A DNA stretch of 64,000 nt, from the NCBI GenBank assembly GCA_963920595.1, contig OY986946.1, positions 6,944,001 through 7,008,000 on the forward strand, written 5' to 3'. The DNA comes from Eimeria praecox (taxonomy: Eukaryota). The notes below the pieces were generated by a model. It did not search any database and was not told the origin of the DNA. It saw only the letters and a list, made by a program, of their open reading frames with translations. Positions within the stretch are counted from its first letter, which is position 1; each line of letters starts with the position of its first letter. This document shows positions 19,301 to 32,994 of this stretch, in pieces. The translations under genes and the position numbers were made by a program.

Positions 19301-19908
19301 CGGCTGTAGCTGCTAGCATTCTGGGAATGTGAGGATATATTCTTCTTATAAGAAAAATATTTCCTCCTCCTCTGCCGATGTTGTGCTGACCCTATCACAG
19401 CCTGTTGACATACAAACTCGGGCATGTTGGGGGAAACATCTGAGCTAAGCGAATTAGCGAGTATATATTTGTCCCGTGAGGGCACACTTCGTCTGACAAC
19501 ACAATAAACCTCCGTCTATGCTGTAGTGCTTAACCACAACTCGATTTTGAGTTGATGCCACATTGTGCACCCATACATTTATGGATAGTCGTGCTCCACC
19601 AGCCACCAGCAAGTAATAGAGGCTATATAATCACGTACACAGATAAGTTGCACCTCCCCGCCTTTGCGTCTGATTTCACCACACCCGCGTCCCCCCCCCC
19701 CCCCCCCCCCAGCTTATATCTGAAGAAGGGCTAGCAGCTCCTGAGCTGACCACGGAGACAAACTCGTATGGCTCGATGAAGGTCTACAAGTGCGTATATA
19801 TACATATACGCACTACCCAACAGCAGGCTGCCAGGTTGAAGGGCAACCCGCTGATCGTTCTGTTGGTTCCCCTGGTGTCCGCTTCGTCATTTCCTTCGCG
19901 CCTTTCAG

Positions 19909-19972
19909 GTGTATGTACACTCGAATTACTTGCAGTAATTCCTTACTGCAAGTAATTCGAGTGTACATACAC
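19909..19972. other. Perfect inverted repeat (30-bp arms, 4-nt loop)
   Basis: gtgtatgtacactcgaattacttgcagtaa (19909-19938), loop ttcc, then ttactgcaagtaattcgagtgtacatacac (19943-19972). Confidence 0.97.
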
Positions 19973-20083
19973 AGGGGGCAAATGCGCCTCTCCGTACACT
20001 CGATTGGCTTTCTGAGCCCAGGATCCTCCAACTGCCGCCTGTTCGTTCTTTCTACCTTTTTCTGGGCCTGGCTGGATTTCGCA

Positions 20084-20129
<46 letters not shown>

Positions 20130-20490
20130 GCACTTCAAATGCCTTTTTCATTCCTCTCACTTTCGGGGGTTAACATAACATATCCCCCCGCCTCTGTCAA
20201 TGTGTTGTTGCTGTTTCTTTTCTTCCCAGCTTTTGTGTTATATCGCACTGTCCATACAGCCGCTCGCTCTGCCCCCCTGCTGCCATATCTGCGCTTGAGC
20301 TCTCCTGTCTACTTGTGTGTCTCTCAGCCATTCATCACGACGAATAACTTAAACCTAATCCTACAGCTCAGACTACTACGCCTCCAAATAACTACTCTCG
20401 CCCTTTATGTACCTTCCACTTCTCTCAGGGCTCTAAATTCTACTGGAGCTGTAGCGCCAGCGTTTATCCTTAGCCGCAAATCATAGCTGC

Positions 20491-20550
<60 letters not shown>

Positions 20551-21113
20551 CATATATATATATATATGGCTATAGAAATAGATATACAGATATATAGATA
20601 TAGATACAGATACAATAAAATGTATACAAATGTATATATATGTATATCTATATAAAAATATAGATATAATTGTATTCGATAATTGTATACTTGTCCCATT
20701 CTTCGCTGGTGCTGCCGTCCAGCTTTTTCCCCTCTCGCGTAGATTGACGCTCGAGAGTTTTTGGGGTTACTTCGTTAGATATGTTTGCTACTATCTTATG
20801 GGGCTTTTTCAACACACCATATACACCCCCTGAGGTGTACATACACTGCGAAGGTCTCGCGGGAGGCAGGGGGCGGGGGGCCGGAAAGGGGGGTGGGAAG
20901 CAGGGGGGGAGGGCGGCATGCAGCTGCAGCGGCACTACCAGCAGCAGCAGCAAAACAGCTGCCTGCTGCAGCTGCTCTATGATCGCCCTCCTCTCTCTCT
21001 CTCTGTCTGTCTCTCTCTCGTCTGACGCAAGCAGAACCAAACAAATTGTTGGCAGCGCTCTTCTTGTCTCCACATGCATGCAACTGCATGCATCGAGAGA
21101 CAAGAAGATTAAC

Positions 21114-21176
<63 letters not shown>

Positions 21177-21564
21177 GCTACCCGCATATACCTATTCCAG
21201 TGTGAAGACAAGCTACAGCCTGCCCCTTTATACGCACACAGGACCCTTCCGTCAGCAGCAGCAGCAGCAGCAGCAGGAGCAGCAACAGCAGCTGCTGCTG
21301 CTAAAGGCCTGCAGCAGCAGCCGGCAGCAGCAGCAGCAGCAACTGCTGCTGCTGCTGCCGGCCTTCAGACCAATTAAGCTGCAAGCAATGCGACGGGTTA
21401 GCTTCCTGCGGTTCCTGTTGCTGATGTTTGTTTTTTTCGTTGCATTCAGGTGTATATACACCCCACAAAATTTCTGAAGGTAACTGCAGCCACAGCAGAT
21501 GCCCCTCTACTCGCCCAAATGCATGCATGAGGTAAAGGACAGCAGCAGCGCATAAGCACCAACG

Positions 21565-21601
<37 letters not shown>

Positions 21602-21653
21602 CAGACAATGTTGCTGTAGCAGCTGCCGCTGCCTACTACTCTGTTCCCATATC

Positions 21654-21878
21654 TCACAGGAAGTCTGGCGCAACACGTGAAGAGCTGCTGGGGGTTTGCT
21701 GCTGCGGCCGTTCAACACCAGCAGCAGCAGCAACTGCTGCTGCTGCTGCTGCTGCAGCAGCAGCAGGAGGGGTAGGGGGCCCTGTATGATCGCCTTCCCT
21801 CTTGTATCGTTCTTCATCTGCCTTCTGCGCCGCCCTGCACAGCAGCAGCAGCAACACAACAACGAACATCGTATGAAT

Positions 21879-21911
<33 letters not shown>

Positions 21912-22311
21912 AGCAGCAGCAACAGCAAAAGCAGCAGCAGCAGCAACAGCAGCAACAGCACAAGCAGCAGCAGCAGCAACAGCAAAAGCAGCAGCAGTAG
22001 CTAGTACTGCATGTGCACTGATGGAGCTACAGAGCACCATTCCTGTTATAGCCTTCACACTCGTCTTAGGGTTTAGGGTTTAGGGTTTAGGGTTTAGGGT
22101 TTAGGGTTTTAATATATACTTGATAAGAGCATCTTCCATACGTCTAAGCGGATCAACCTTCTCGTCTTTGTGTTGTGTTTTAAATCTCTCTGTCTCCTGT
22201 TGAATGCCCTTCCCCAATTTCACAAGTGCTTCTGCTCTCAGGCGTCGCACCTCCACCGACACGCTCATATCTTTTAGAACCTGCAAGCAGCACCACCACC
22301 AGCAGCAGCAA

Positions 22312-22376
<65 letters not shown>

Positions 22377-22594
22377 GGAACAGCAGCAGCAGCTGAATCT
22401 ATTCGTTACGCATAAACAATCAACAAAAGACAGACACCCCACATCCTTCGAAACATACGAGAAAATCAAATATAATACCAACAGAGGTGCCTATACACCT
22501 GAATAAAGTAGAAATCTGTAATGAAAACTGCTGCTACTCAACCCCATCTTCTAATTCTCTTCTATTTGTCTATAATTAAACATATATATAAACA

Positions 22595-22635
<41 letters not shown>

Positions 22636-22994
22636 TTATCTATCTATCTTATCTCTATCTACCTATATATTTACATCTCTAGATTTATATTTATATACCT
22701 ACATATATATATATATAATATAATATAATATTAATATATTGCCTCCCTCCTCTTACCTTCTTCGCTGCTGCGCGTACAGTGGTCTCGATATCCATAAGAC
22801 AAATGCTTAACATCGTCTCTAGGATTAGAGGCAAAGTCTCCTCAAACTGTTTTATCTGAAAACATAAACCCTAAACCCTAAACCCTAAACCCTAAACCCT
22901 AAACCCTAAACCCTAAACCCTAAACCCTAGACCCCAAAAGCTGCTTAGGGCGGTCTACGAGCACTCGGCCTATCGCTCCGGCCTTGTCGTGTCG

Positions 22995-23079
<85 letters not shown>

Positions 23080-23599
23080 TGTTTCTATGCGCTCTCGCGC
23101 TTTCGAGGAATGATAAAACAAACAGAACAAACAAATAAACATCAATAACGAACGGACGAAACAAAAACAAACAAACACAACAAACAAAGCCGCAAATAAA
23201 TAAATAAACAAACAGACAATCGAAAAGAAGAAAGGAAGAAGGTGGATATACAGCTGAGTATTTAAATAGCGTCTATACTGTAGAATAAAAGAAAGAAACA
23301 ACAAACAGTAAGAGAAAACAAAAACAATGAAGTTAATTGTTTAGGGTTTAGGGTTTAGGGTTTAGGGTTTTTAGGGTTTAGGGTTTAGGGTTTAGGTTTA
23401 CATCTTCAGGCGTCGGTCCAGTTTCAGGGACAGCCTCGCCCTCCTTTGCATTCTTTCTCGCTTTCTCCTGTTTTTTCTGTCTTCTCTGCTCACGCTGCTG
23501 CAGCTGACGCGCCGCAACAGCAGCACGAACTGCTGCAGAAGCTGTACGCCAGCTATTCCCTACAGACCTGCTCTGTGCCTGCATCTTTGCGTATCTACA

Positions 23600-23630
<31 letters not shown>

Positions 23631-23919
23631 GCAGCAACAACAGCAGCAGCAACAGCAGCAGCAGCAACAGCAGCAGCAATGGTTGCGTACAGTATAAGCA
23701 GCAATTACCAAGGAAGGTAAGAAACATCGAATGTATGAAATCGCAGAGAAATTTATAAACGAACAAAAATAATAAACTAAATAATTATTTAACAACAACA
23801 CAAACACGCTTAAAATGGAAACAAATAAAATAGAAAGACACTAAGGCGAACATAGATACATACAAACATATATATATATATATATACATGTATATATATA
23901 TATGTATATATATATATGC

Positions 23920-23992
<73 letters not shown>

Positions 23993-24827
23993 TATATACA
24001 TGTATATATATATATATGTATATACACATATATATATATATATACAAGTAAGCAAATACGATAGCATTTCCAGGGAGAATAGTGTAAACAGAGGCGAACA
24101 AATACAAAAAAAACTAAAACTGCAAAATAAGAAACAACTACACAAGAGAAAGCGAATAAACCGAATAAAAACAAACACACAGAAAATAAATAAATAAATA
24201 CAAGAAACAAACAACATTAATAGTAAGTAGCATACAAACAAATACAGAAAGGGACTTGAAAATAAATATGAGGATCGAATCATCACGCTTAATTTATTTT
24301 TGGATGGATGAATATAAATATAAATAATAAATATATAATTAAATATATATAAATACAAACAAAATAAAATAAAATAAAATAAAATAAAAACAAATAAACA
24401 ATAAAATCAAACTCACCGTCCCCCTAAACCTAAGAACGTATCAAGCTTTCCTAAATATTGTGTAGCATAATTTTCGTATGTCCACGCGATTGCTTCTAAG
24501 ATTGCATCACCAAAAGAAGACTGAAAAATACAAAGAAGAAAAGAAAGAAGAAAACAAAATAAAATAAAATAAAATAAAATAAAATAAAATAAAATAAAAT
24601 AAAATAAAATAAAATAAAATAAAATAAAATAAAATAAAATAAAATAAAATAAAATAAAAAAATTAAAAAAAAAATTAAAAAAATTAAAAAAAATTAAAAA
24701 ATAAAAAAAATTAAAAAAATAATAAACAAACAAATACAGAAAAGTACAACATCACACTCGGGATATACAGGCATATATATACACCAACAGCAACAGACCC
24801 GTCTACCTCAACATACACCTCTGCTGC

Positions 24828-24877
<50 letters not shown>

Positions 24878-24920
24878 TTGCTGCTGCTGCTGTTGCTGCT
24901 GCTGCTGTTGCTGCTGCTGT

Positions 24921-24955
<35 letters not shown>

Positions 24956-25094
24956 GGCTTAGCCCCAGCACAATCAAACAGCATCAAGAACAAAAACCAA
25001 CAATGCTATGTACAACACGGCGTCGTAGGTACCTGACATAGATTCCTAGCCTCTTGAATCATTGCCTGCGTCCACGCCTCCACCTGCTGCTCCC

Positions 25095-25152
<58 letters not shown>

Positions 25153-25531
25153 AGGGCTTTGAGGCCCATCCATCATCGCATCAACGTAGGGTTGAATTCG
25201 TTGCTGCAGCAAAACCGCTAGCTGCACTTCTCTCTTTCTCTGTTCGAAAGCAAACATCTCCTCAGATATATCGTCGCCCCGGGATCCCTACAAAAACACA
25301 ACAAACCCTAAACCCTAAACCCTAAACCCTAAACCCTAAACCCTAAACCCTAAGGTTGAATGAACACCAACACCAAGCCAATGAAGACGATAGGGGGCAG
25401 AAAAAAACAAGAAAGACGGAGACATTTCGATACAAATGTCTCCCCCACGACCTCCTTAGAATTAATAATTAAGGGATTGAGTATGTTCGTGAGCTTCAGG
25501 TGTATCCGCAGGTCTGTGATATTATACATGC

Positions 25532-25605
<74 letters not shown>

Positions 25606-26040
25606 AGTTGAGCTGTCTGTACACCCCACCTCCCCGAGCCAGCAAAAGCCACTCGTTGTTCTATATTGTCTGTGTTTACTGTGTTCTGTTGTTGTTTAGT
25701 TTTTGTGTTATGTTGTGTTTCTATGTCATGACCCTCAGATATGTGTAGAGAGAGGAGACGAATAGAGTATGCAATTTACACCGGAATTCTAAGGCGCTGT
25801 CTTTGGGTGTACATACATTATCTATATATCTATATCTATATCTATATCTATATCTATATCTATATCTATATCTATATCTATATCTATATCTATATCTTTA
25901 TCTATACATCTATATCTTTATCTATACATCTATATCTATATATCTACATCTATATACCTATATCTATATCTACTTATCTATATCTATACCTATATATCTG
26001 CATCTAAATCTATATATCTATATCTATATTATATATAGAT

Positions 26041-26134
<94 letters not shown>

Positions 26135-26543
26135 GTGGTGTGTGTATGGGCTGTGTGTTTGTCTTACTCTACTTCCTGGTGTATCAACCATTTCAACAAA
26201 CATGGCCATTTTTAATTTTCCAATGTACGGTTCCAAAGCTTCAGAGCCAAATAACATCATAAAAAATAAACCGCTATCTATGATGGGCATATCTTGTGCT
26301 GCTGCCTGTCCGTGTAAATCATATTGAGCTCGTCTTTCTTCTTCTCCTAAAACTTGATACGCTTCCCCTAATTGTTGAAATCGCTTCTTTGCTGATGGGT
26401 CCCCAGGGTTTTTATCTGGATGATATTTACGTGCTAGTTTATAATATTGTCGTCGTATATCTTCTGCTCGAGCGTCAGGAGAAACCTCTAACACCTCATA
26501 TAATGTTGTATCTACAACCTTACGCCCACCACTACTACTGCTA

Positions 26544-26596
<53 letters not shown>

Positions 26597-27455
26597 CGGA
26601 TCACGTTTATGAGGGTTCTCCTGACTCAGCACCTCCGCTGCCTCCTCCTGTAAGCTATACCAATTCATCTTCCATACCTACGCAAATACAAACCATCCAC
26701 ACACAGAAATGGGGCTTGTTGAGATAAACGTACAGACATATATATATATATATATATATATAGATAGATAGATAGATAGATATATGTCTATCGATCTATA
26801 TCTATATATCTATATCTATATATCTATATATTTATATATCGATATCTATATCTATATATATATATATAGATATATATTAGTAAGAACGGATGCGTCTCTT
26901 TTGTGTAGCTATAGAAGAGCACAGAGGCTTTCTTGTTTTGATGTTCTAGGAAATAAACATATTGAATGGATTAGGGTTTAGGGTTTAGGGTTTAGGGTTT
27001 AGGGTTTCTAAGAGACAAATGTTTGCAATGTGTTCATCATACTCTTTCTTTCTTATCCCACTTCTTTCCCTGACTCTTCTCATGAATCGCCTCAGGCGTA
27101 TTTATTAAACCCCGGGTCACCTGATATCCCGCTATGCAAATACCCGTTATTGGCAGGGTCACCGCAGCAACTACCCCTGCACCTATACCCTTGAAGAAGC
27201 CACCTACTCCCTGTATAGATAAATATATACATAAATATATATATTAAATAATTAATTAATTTAATTAATTTAATTTAATTTAATTAATTAATTAATTATA
27301 TTTAATTAAGTAAGTAAAAATATTAATTGAACAATCTATGCATGCATACAGGTGGTTATTGACTAGAGAGTGCAAGAAGCCACACATGCTAGCAGATAAT
27401 GTATAAAAACAACAATAACAGCAGCAGCAACAGCAGCAGCAACAGCAGCAACAGA

Positions 27456-27522
<67 letters not shown>

Positions 27523-27819
27523 GCAGCAGAAACAAAAGAAACAGACTTGCTGTGCAGCTCCAACAGCAGGGAGAACAAAGAGAGAAGCAGCCCCAACCGC
27601 CACACCCTTCCCTACAGATTTTAAACCCGAAGACAGCCCCGCTCCTGCATGCAAGCAGCAGATACGCTTCAACACATACACCCCAGCAAACAAAACCAAT
27701 AGGCCTCTGCTGTATACACACATACACACAAATACACTAACATAAAAACCAGCTAGCATACTTACGCTTGTATGCATGCATGCATACATATACATACAAA
27801 AGCATACAGAAACATACAA

Positions 27820-27898
<79 letters not shown>

Positions 27899-27958
27899 AG
27901 GTATGTATAGGTATATACATGTATATACACGTATATATATGTATATATGTATATATAT

Positions 27959-27992
<34 letters not shown>

Positions 27993-28464
27993 ATAGTAAA
28001 TATGAGAGGCCTTACCTGCATCCTTAGGTTTGCGTGTAGAGAACAAGCCACCTAAGACTGTCTTGTCAGGCGGAGCCGAAGCCTCTCCCGTCTCGCCGGG
28101 TTTGTTGATTGGCACGATTGACCACACTGTACATACACCGCATAAACCCTAAACCCTAAACCCTAAACCCTAAACCCTAATTTCAGTTTCAAGTTCGAGG
28201 CACGTAGGAAAACCCAGGCCCCGGGTCTCAATTACAGAAGAATCATTGTTGCATGAATTCAATAAAAAAACATGTATGAAATATCTAGGGTTTAGGGTTT
28301 AGGGTTTAGGGTTTAGGGTTCGTACTCTTAGCGTCATACTCCGTCTCCTTAGGCCCCTCCTGCGGTCGTCTATGCGCTTTAACACGCGAGGCCTTGGGAG
28401 AATGCATGCTGCTGCTCAGGTTTCTGTTTGGGCTAGTGTCTTCTCTTTTCTGCTGCTCCTCCTC

Positions 28465-28503
<39 letters not shown>

Positions 28504-28671
28504 CTCGGGAGAGCTGTCTGCAGCAGGGTTCGATCGGCTGCCTTCCTGCTGCTCTGTAGGGCTTTCTGCTGCTGCTGCTGCTGCAGCAGCAGCAGAATCT
28601 TTTGCTGCAGGCTGACAGCCTCCTCCACCCCGCCGGTCTGGCGTCTTACCCCCTCCTGACGTGCGACGCAT
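21654..28671 (-). CDS. DnaJ (Hsp40) domain protein with C-terminal DnaJ-X-like region, 11 exons, ~741 aa
   Basis: Exons 28671-28326, 28126-28016, 27644-27547, 27210-27043, 26677-26168, 25287-25033, 24520-24417, 23594-23402, 22855-22757, 22280-22120, 21834-21654, all GT-AG and in phase. The J-domain reads [14 protein letters not shown]...[16 protein letters not shown]...[11 protein letters not shown]. It is followed by [44 protein letters not shown] and [12 protein letters not shown], as in Caj1/Djp1-like X-domain J proteins. A glycine-rich hydrophobic segment precedes the J-domain. Confidence 0.9.
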
Positions 28672-29199
28672 TTTGGGGGGTTGAGGTGTACGTACACCTC
28701 AAAGGTGTATGTCAGCAGCCTGCTGCTGCAGCTTGACAGTGCTGGTAGTCTCCCTAACTACTGCTAGAATTGCTGCTGCTGCTGTTGCTTCCTCTGCTGC
28801 TGCTGCTGCTTCTGGCTGTACAGCTTCTGCTGCACTTGCTGTGTTGTTCTTTCTGTCCCTGCTGTTGCTGCTTGTCCTGCTGCTGCTGCAGGTGCTTCTG
28901 CTGCTGACGCCGCTGCTGTCGATTGTATTAGAAGGTATGCTCTGGTCTTGAACGAGTCAAAGGAAGAGAAGGATACGAGTTTGCGATAAGTAAGACCAAC
29001 AGAAGCTGCAGATACACCCGAGACGCAAGCAGAACAAGCTGCAGGTAGAAGAGGCCTCTCAAGAGAAGGGTGAGGTGTACGTACACTGAGAGAGAAAGAG
29101 AATAAACCCTTTCAATACTGGAAGCAGAGAAAAGAAACAACAGGCCACAAGGAAGGTGTCGTCTGTAGTGTCTGTCAGCTGCAACAGCACATGGTCAGC

Positions 29200-29268
<69 letters not shown>

Positions 29269-29426
29269 ACCGCCTTTCAGAAAACTTTAAGAGCCTAGGA
29301 ATAACTTATACGACAAACAACTCGAAAAAAAACAACATCATGTCCTCCAACTAACAATGAAGAAACGTTTGCACAACGGAGGCTCCGCTAGGAGCGCATG
29401 CAAGCGTAGCAGCAGCAGCAGCAGCA

Positions 29427-29461
<35 letters not shown>

Positions 29462-30299
29462 AGCAGCAGCAGCAGCACTAGGGCTCGCGGGTACAACGAA
29501 GGCTTCGTGGCGCTTCTAGAAGAAGCTCTTGACTGGTGTGTTTCGTCTATTTAATTTAATAATTATACGTAATTAATAAATTTTCAAGAATGTACGCAAG
29601 AATGAAGCAATTGAGGTAGACTCTCACAGCACCACAATGCCAGCACCGTAGAATATTATACGAGCTGTACGAACAGCATAATGATATGGTGTATGTCTTC
29701 CCGTTATTATTTTCTTAATAATTTATATTTATTTGAGGGTTATAATTAGTCAAATATACACAGAAAAGTCTAATAGGTACAGTGTAGAGGCCTCTTGTGT
29801 ATTTGCTCGTTTGGGGCTGTGCACGTATATTGCACCGTATGAGAGAAGGCATACACAGCGTCTGCTAAGGATTGCTGTTAACGTCAATAGAATCAAATCA
29901 ATTCATATTCGAGTTGTAGAAGACCACTGACCTTCCCCAAGTCTGTAGGCTTCCTGGGCATAGCAGCACCAGCGTCTAAGACTTGTAGAAATGAAGGAGA
30001 GGAGGGCTGCTAGATGAGTCGCAGCATAGCTTGCTGTGATTCTCCCTGGAAGGTAACCCCACGACTACTCGTACATAGCCCCCTTTGGGGGCATGCAATA
30101 ACATTGTAGGCTACTGCCAAACACTAGCCCTCAGCGGGCGTCCTTTAAGCAAGTAGAAATGCTCGTACCAACGTGAAACTGACTACGCTATCTCTGCCTT
30201 CCTCGTCTTCCCCAAGCAGCGCACACAAACGTGTGTCTTGTCGTCTAGCAATGTGTGGGTGAGTAGAGGGGAAGGGCCCAGCGGCACTGGATGATGCTG

Positions 30300-32500
30300 C
30301 AGCGCGTAGTCAGTGTTCCGTCAATTCCTTCTGCTTCATATCTTGCTGCTGCTCCTCATGCAGCTGGAACTGTTGCCGAGGCACCATTTGCTGTTGGGCA
30401 TCCTGCTTCTTGGGTTGTAGCTTCTGCTGCTGCTAAGGTCTAGAAGAGATTGCAGCAGATCATGATTCGCCGGATATGCAATTCCGCCGAACACGAACAC
30501 CCTTATCGGGCGCGCACAATCCAGCGATGGGACTGGTGTCCGCGAATGGTGCATCTGAATGCATATAAATGTTTGCGAGTTGGAGTATGTGTTCCCTGCA
30601 ACACCGTTTTGCTTGTCTGATGATCGATTCGTTTTTTCTGTCAATTGTTCTGTTTGAGCCCGAGATGAATGCGTTGGTTATGGCTCAAGGGCCGCCTCCG
30701 TGTGCCCTTCGCAACTGCATTTCTTGCTTGTATGCTGAAGCGTTCGTTTTTCCGGGGATATTCTTCTCGAATCGGAGCTTAGTGCGTTTGTTACGGCTGA
30801 AGGGCAGCCTCAGCAAATTGGGAAGTAGAGGCGCGCTTGCCTGGTGTTGTTTCCAGCTTTCAAAAGTATTGCCGCAAGATAAGGCACCCCCGTCTGCCAC
30901 AATCTGTTTTTGCTGTCCGTGGCATGAGTTGACCGATGCACAAATCGGTTGGGTTTCTCTTCACTGTTGCTGTATGCCCTTGACAGCAGCAGGCACGCCC
31001 CAACATGCATCTCCTGTTGTCTTCACCATTCGTGTTTCTACCTTATACAATGGCAGAGACCTGGATGCACCTTCTTCGCTGTTTCGTGTGCTCCTTCTGT
31101 GGCTTTCTTTTGCGCATATACTCCTCGACGAACACCAACGGAGCGTTGCAGTTCGTGCTCCCCTTACCCCTTGTCGTCTGTTTTTGGTATTTCTGTAACT
31201 CCTGATGCCGTTGCTGTTATGATTTCTACTGCTTCTGTTGCTGCAACTGCTGTTGCTATCGCTCCGCTGTCGGGGCTGACGAGTCCCGCTGCATGATTGC
31301 TGCAACTAGGAATTAGGCGGCAGGCCCGATCGAAAACAGCAGGGAGAAGCGCTTCGCAAGAGAAGGGAGGAAGCGAAATAGAATGGAATAAGAAAGCTTG
31401 TGCAGCTCCCACAGCAAGTACAGCACAGACTTAGCGACAGCGCACCATGCAGCAGAGCAACAGTTTTCTCCTATCCATAGAAGCTGTTGGCACTCTGTGA
31501 AGAACAGAATGCGCGCAGAAATGGAGAGGCACCGCAACAGCCACTCCTGCAATGCCACAGGCAGTTGCCTTCTCGGGTACCAAGGCAATCACCGACCCAC
31601 AGTGGCCCAGCGTGCTCCCATCTTTGCGCTGGGAGTGAATTTGATGCTAAGAACAGGTCGTCCGGCTGCTGGCGTGCACACTGGAAGCTCCGCCCTGCAT
31701 ATGAGAAAACTTTTTCAACTGTGTCCAGTTTTGCCGTTCCTTGGGTGTCAAGTGGATCAAAGATCCTAAGCTTGCGGCCTCTTTAAGAGTACCAAGAAAG
31801 ACTGCATGCATTTCCCCTTCGTTTCAAGCAATGTCGCTGCGCTCCGATGGAGCCTCGTCGCTCGTTTCCACTTGTGAAAATGACTGCAGTCCTCTTACTC
31901 TGAAGGACGTGCATAGCCATGGGAGAGCTAAAATGCGAACTCTCTCGTTGACTGCCCTGCATATAGACATCATACGCTTCGCCCAAAGACGGCATGCTTG
32001 CCTTCCACCGAGCCACCCATGGCATGTCTAGGATCGTATATGAATGAACTGGCCCAAGACCAGAGACACGTATCATAGGGATATGGACCAAACATGACCA
32101 ACTGCTGGGTATAAACAGAGGCGTGGCTTGCAATTAATCAACACGTGAGCCTGTCTCCTGTTGCCACTCAACTGCTGCCCCGCACGTTGCCTGGGGGCCA
32201 GGTACTCACCTGATCGGTCCTTTGGTGTTGGGCTCCCAGCAGGATCTGCTCACCTTCCTTCATCTCAGGTGCCTTACCTCATTTAGGGTGTTTTAAACAT
32301 CAAAGTATGTGGCCATATTCGTTGCAAATGAAGCATATGCGCCATTAAGTACGAATATCTGGATTTCTGAGTGCTGGGTTCAGCGGCTCCCGACTGCTGC
32401 TCTCGTATCACCTTTTCCTGATCAGATTCTGCACACATCTCTTCTATATCTGAGCCGTTTCCACCGCCTCCCTCTCACGTTTAGCGGTGGAAGTGTGATG
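30300..32500 (-). mobile_element. Probable heavily degenerate LTR retrotransposon (Ty3/gypsy-like) gag-pol remnant; boundaries approximate
   Basis: A repeat-poor block with broken frames. On the minus strand, in gag-pol order: a zinc-knuckle-like CFICNEYGHIL*C (32335-32297), a retropepsin-end-like ILDMPWVARW (32034-32005), and NIPGKTN (~30762-30742) resembling the Y/I-x-PGKxN motif after RNase H. No YxDD motif or LTR pair was found. Confidence 0.45.
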
Positions 32501-32770
32501 CTCTCTCCTTTTGGTGGGTAAGCACTCTATCCGTTGGCCCGTCTCCACCCTCTCATCCTTTAGTGAGCAGAAACCCAACAAAGGAGCTGGGGTTTCGACA
32601 TCAGCGGTTCATTGCAGGGTGGTCCCCGGGCGATAGACAAAAGGTAAATGGCTGGACAGCGCAAGGGGGGAGTAAGCGATAATTCTCTTAGACGCAGAGC
32701 ACTATCGATAGCTCCCTCATGTTCTACACTACGCTATAGCTTGTTCGTTTTTCGACCAAGTGACTAAGCC

Positions 32771-32994
32771 GCCCAGCAACCCAAGCCAGGAAGCTTCCAT
32801 ACTGTGGATGTGCCTGTGAAAGTCAATAATTATGGATGATATCAATAGCGACTATAGGCCTTCGGATGCACTTCGCAGATGTGGCCCAGCAACCCAAGCC
32901 AGGAAGCTTCCATACTGTGGATGTGCCTGTGAAAGTCAATAATTATGGATGATATCAATAGCGACTATAGGCCTTCGGATGCACTTCGCAGATG
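32771..32994. repeat. Perfect 111-bp direct tandem duplication of unique sequence
   Basis: 32771-32881 and 32884-32994 are identical (gcccagcaacccaagcc...cttcgcagatg) and separated by 2 nt. Confidence 0.96.

Noticed and set aside
22945..23170. Extra poly-Q exon in DnaJ
   Set aside because: The Q frame ends in a stop, and exons 8 and 9 join in phase without it.
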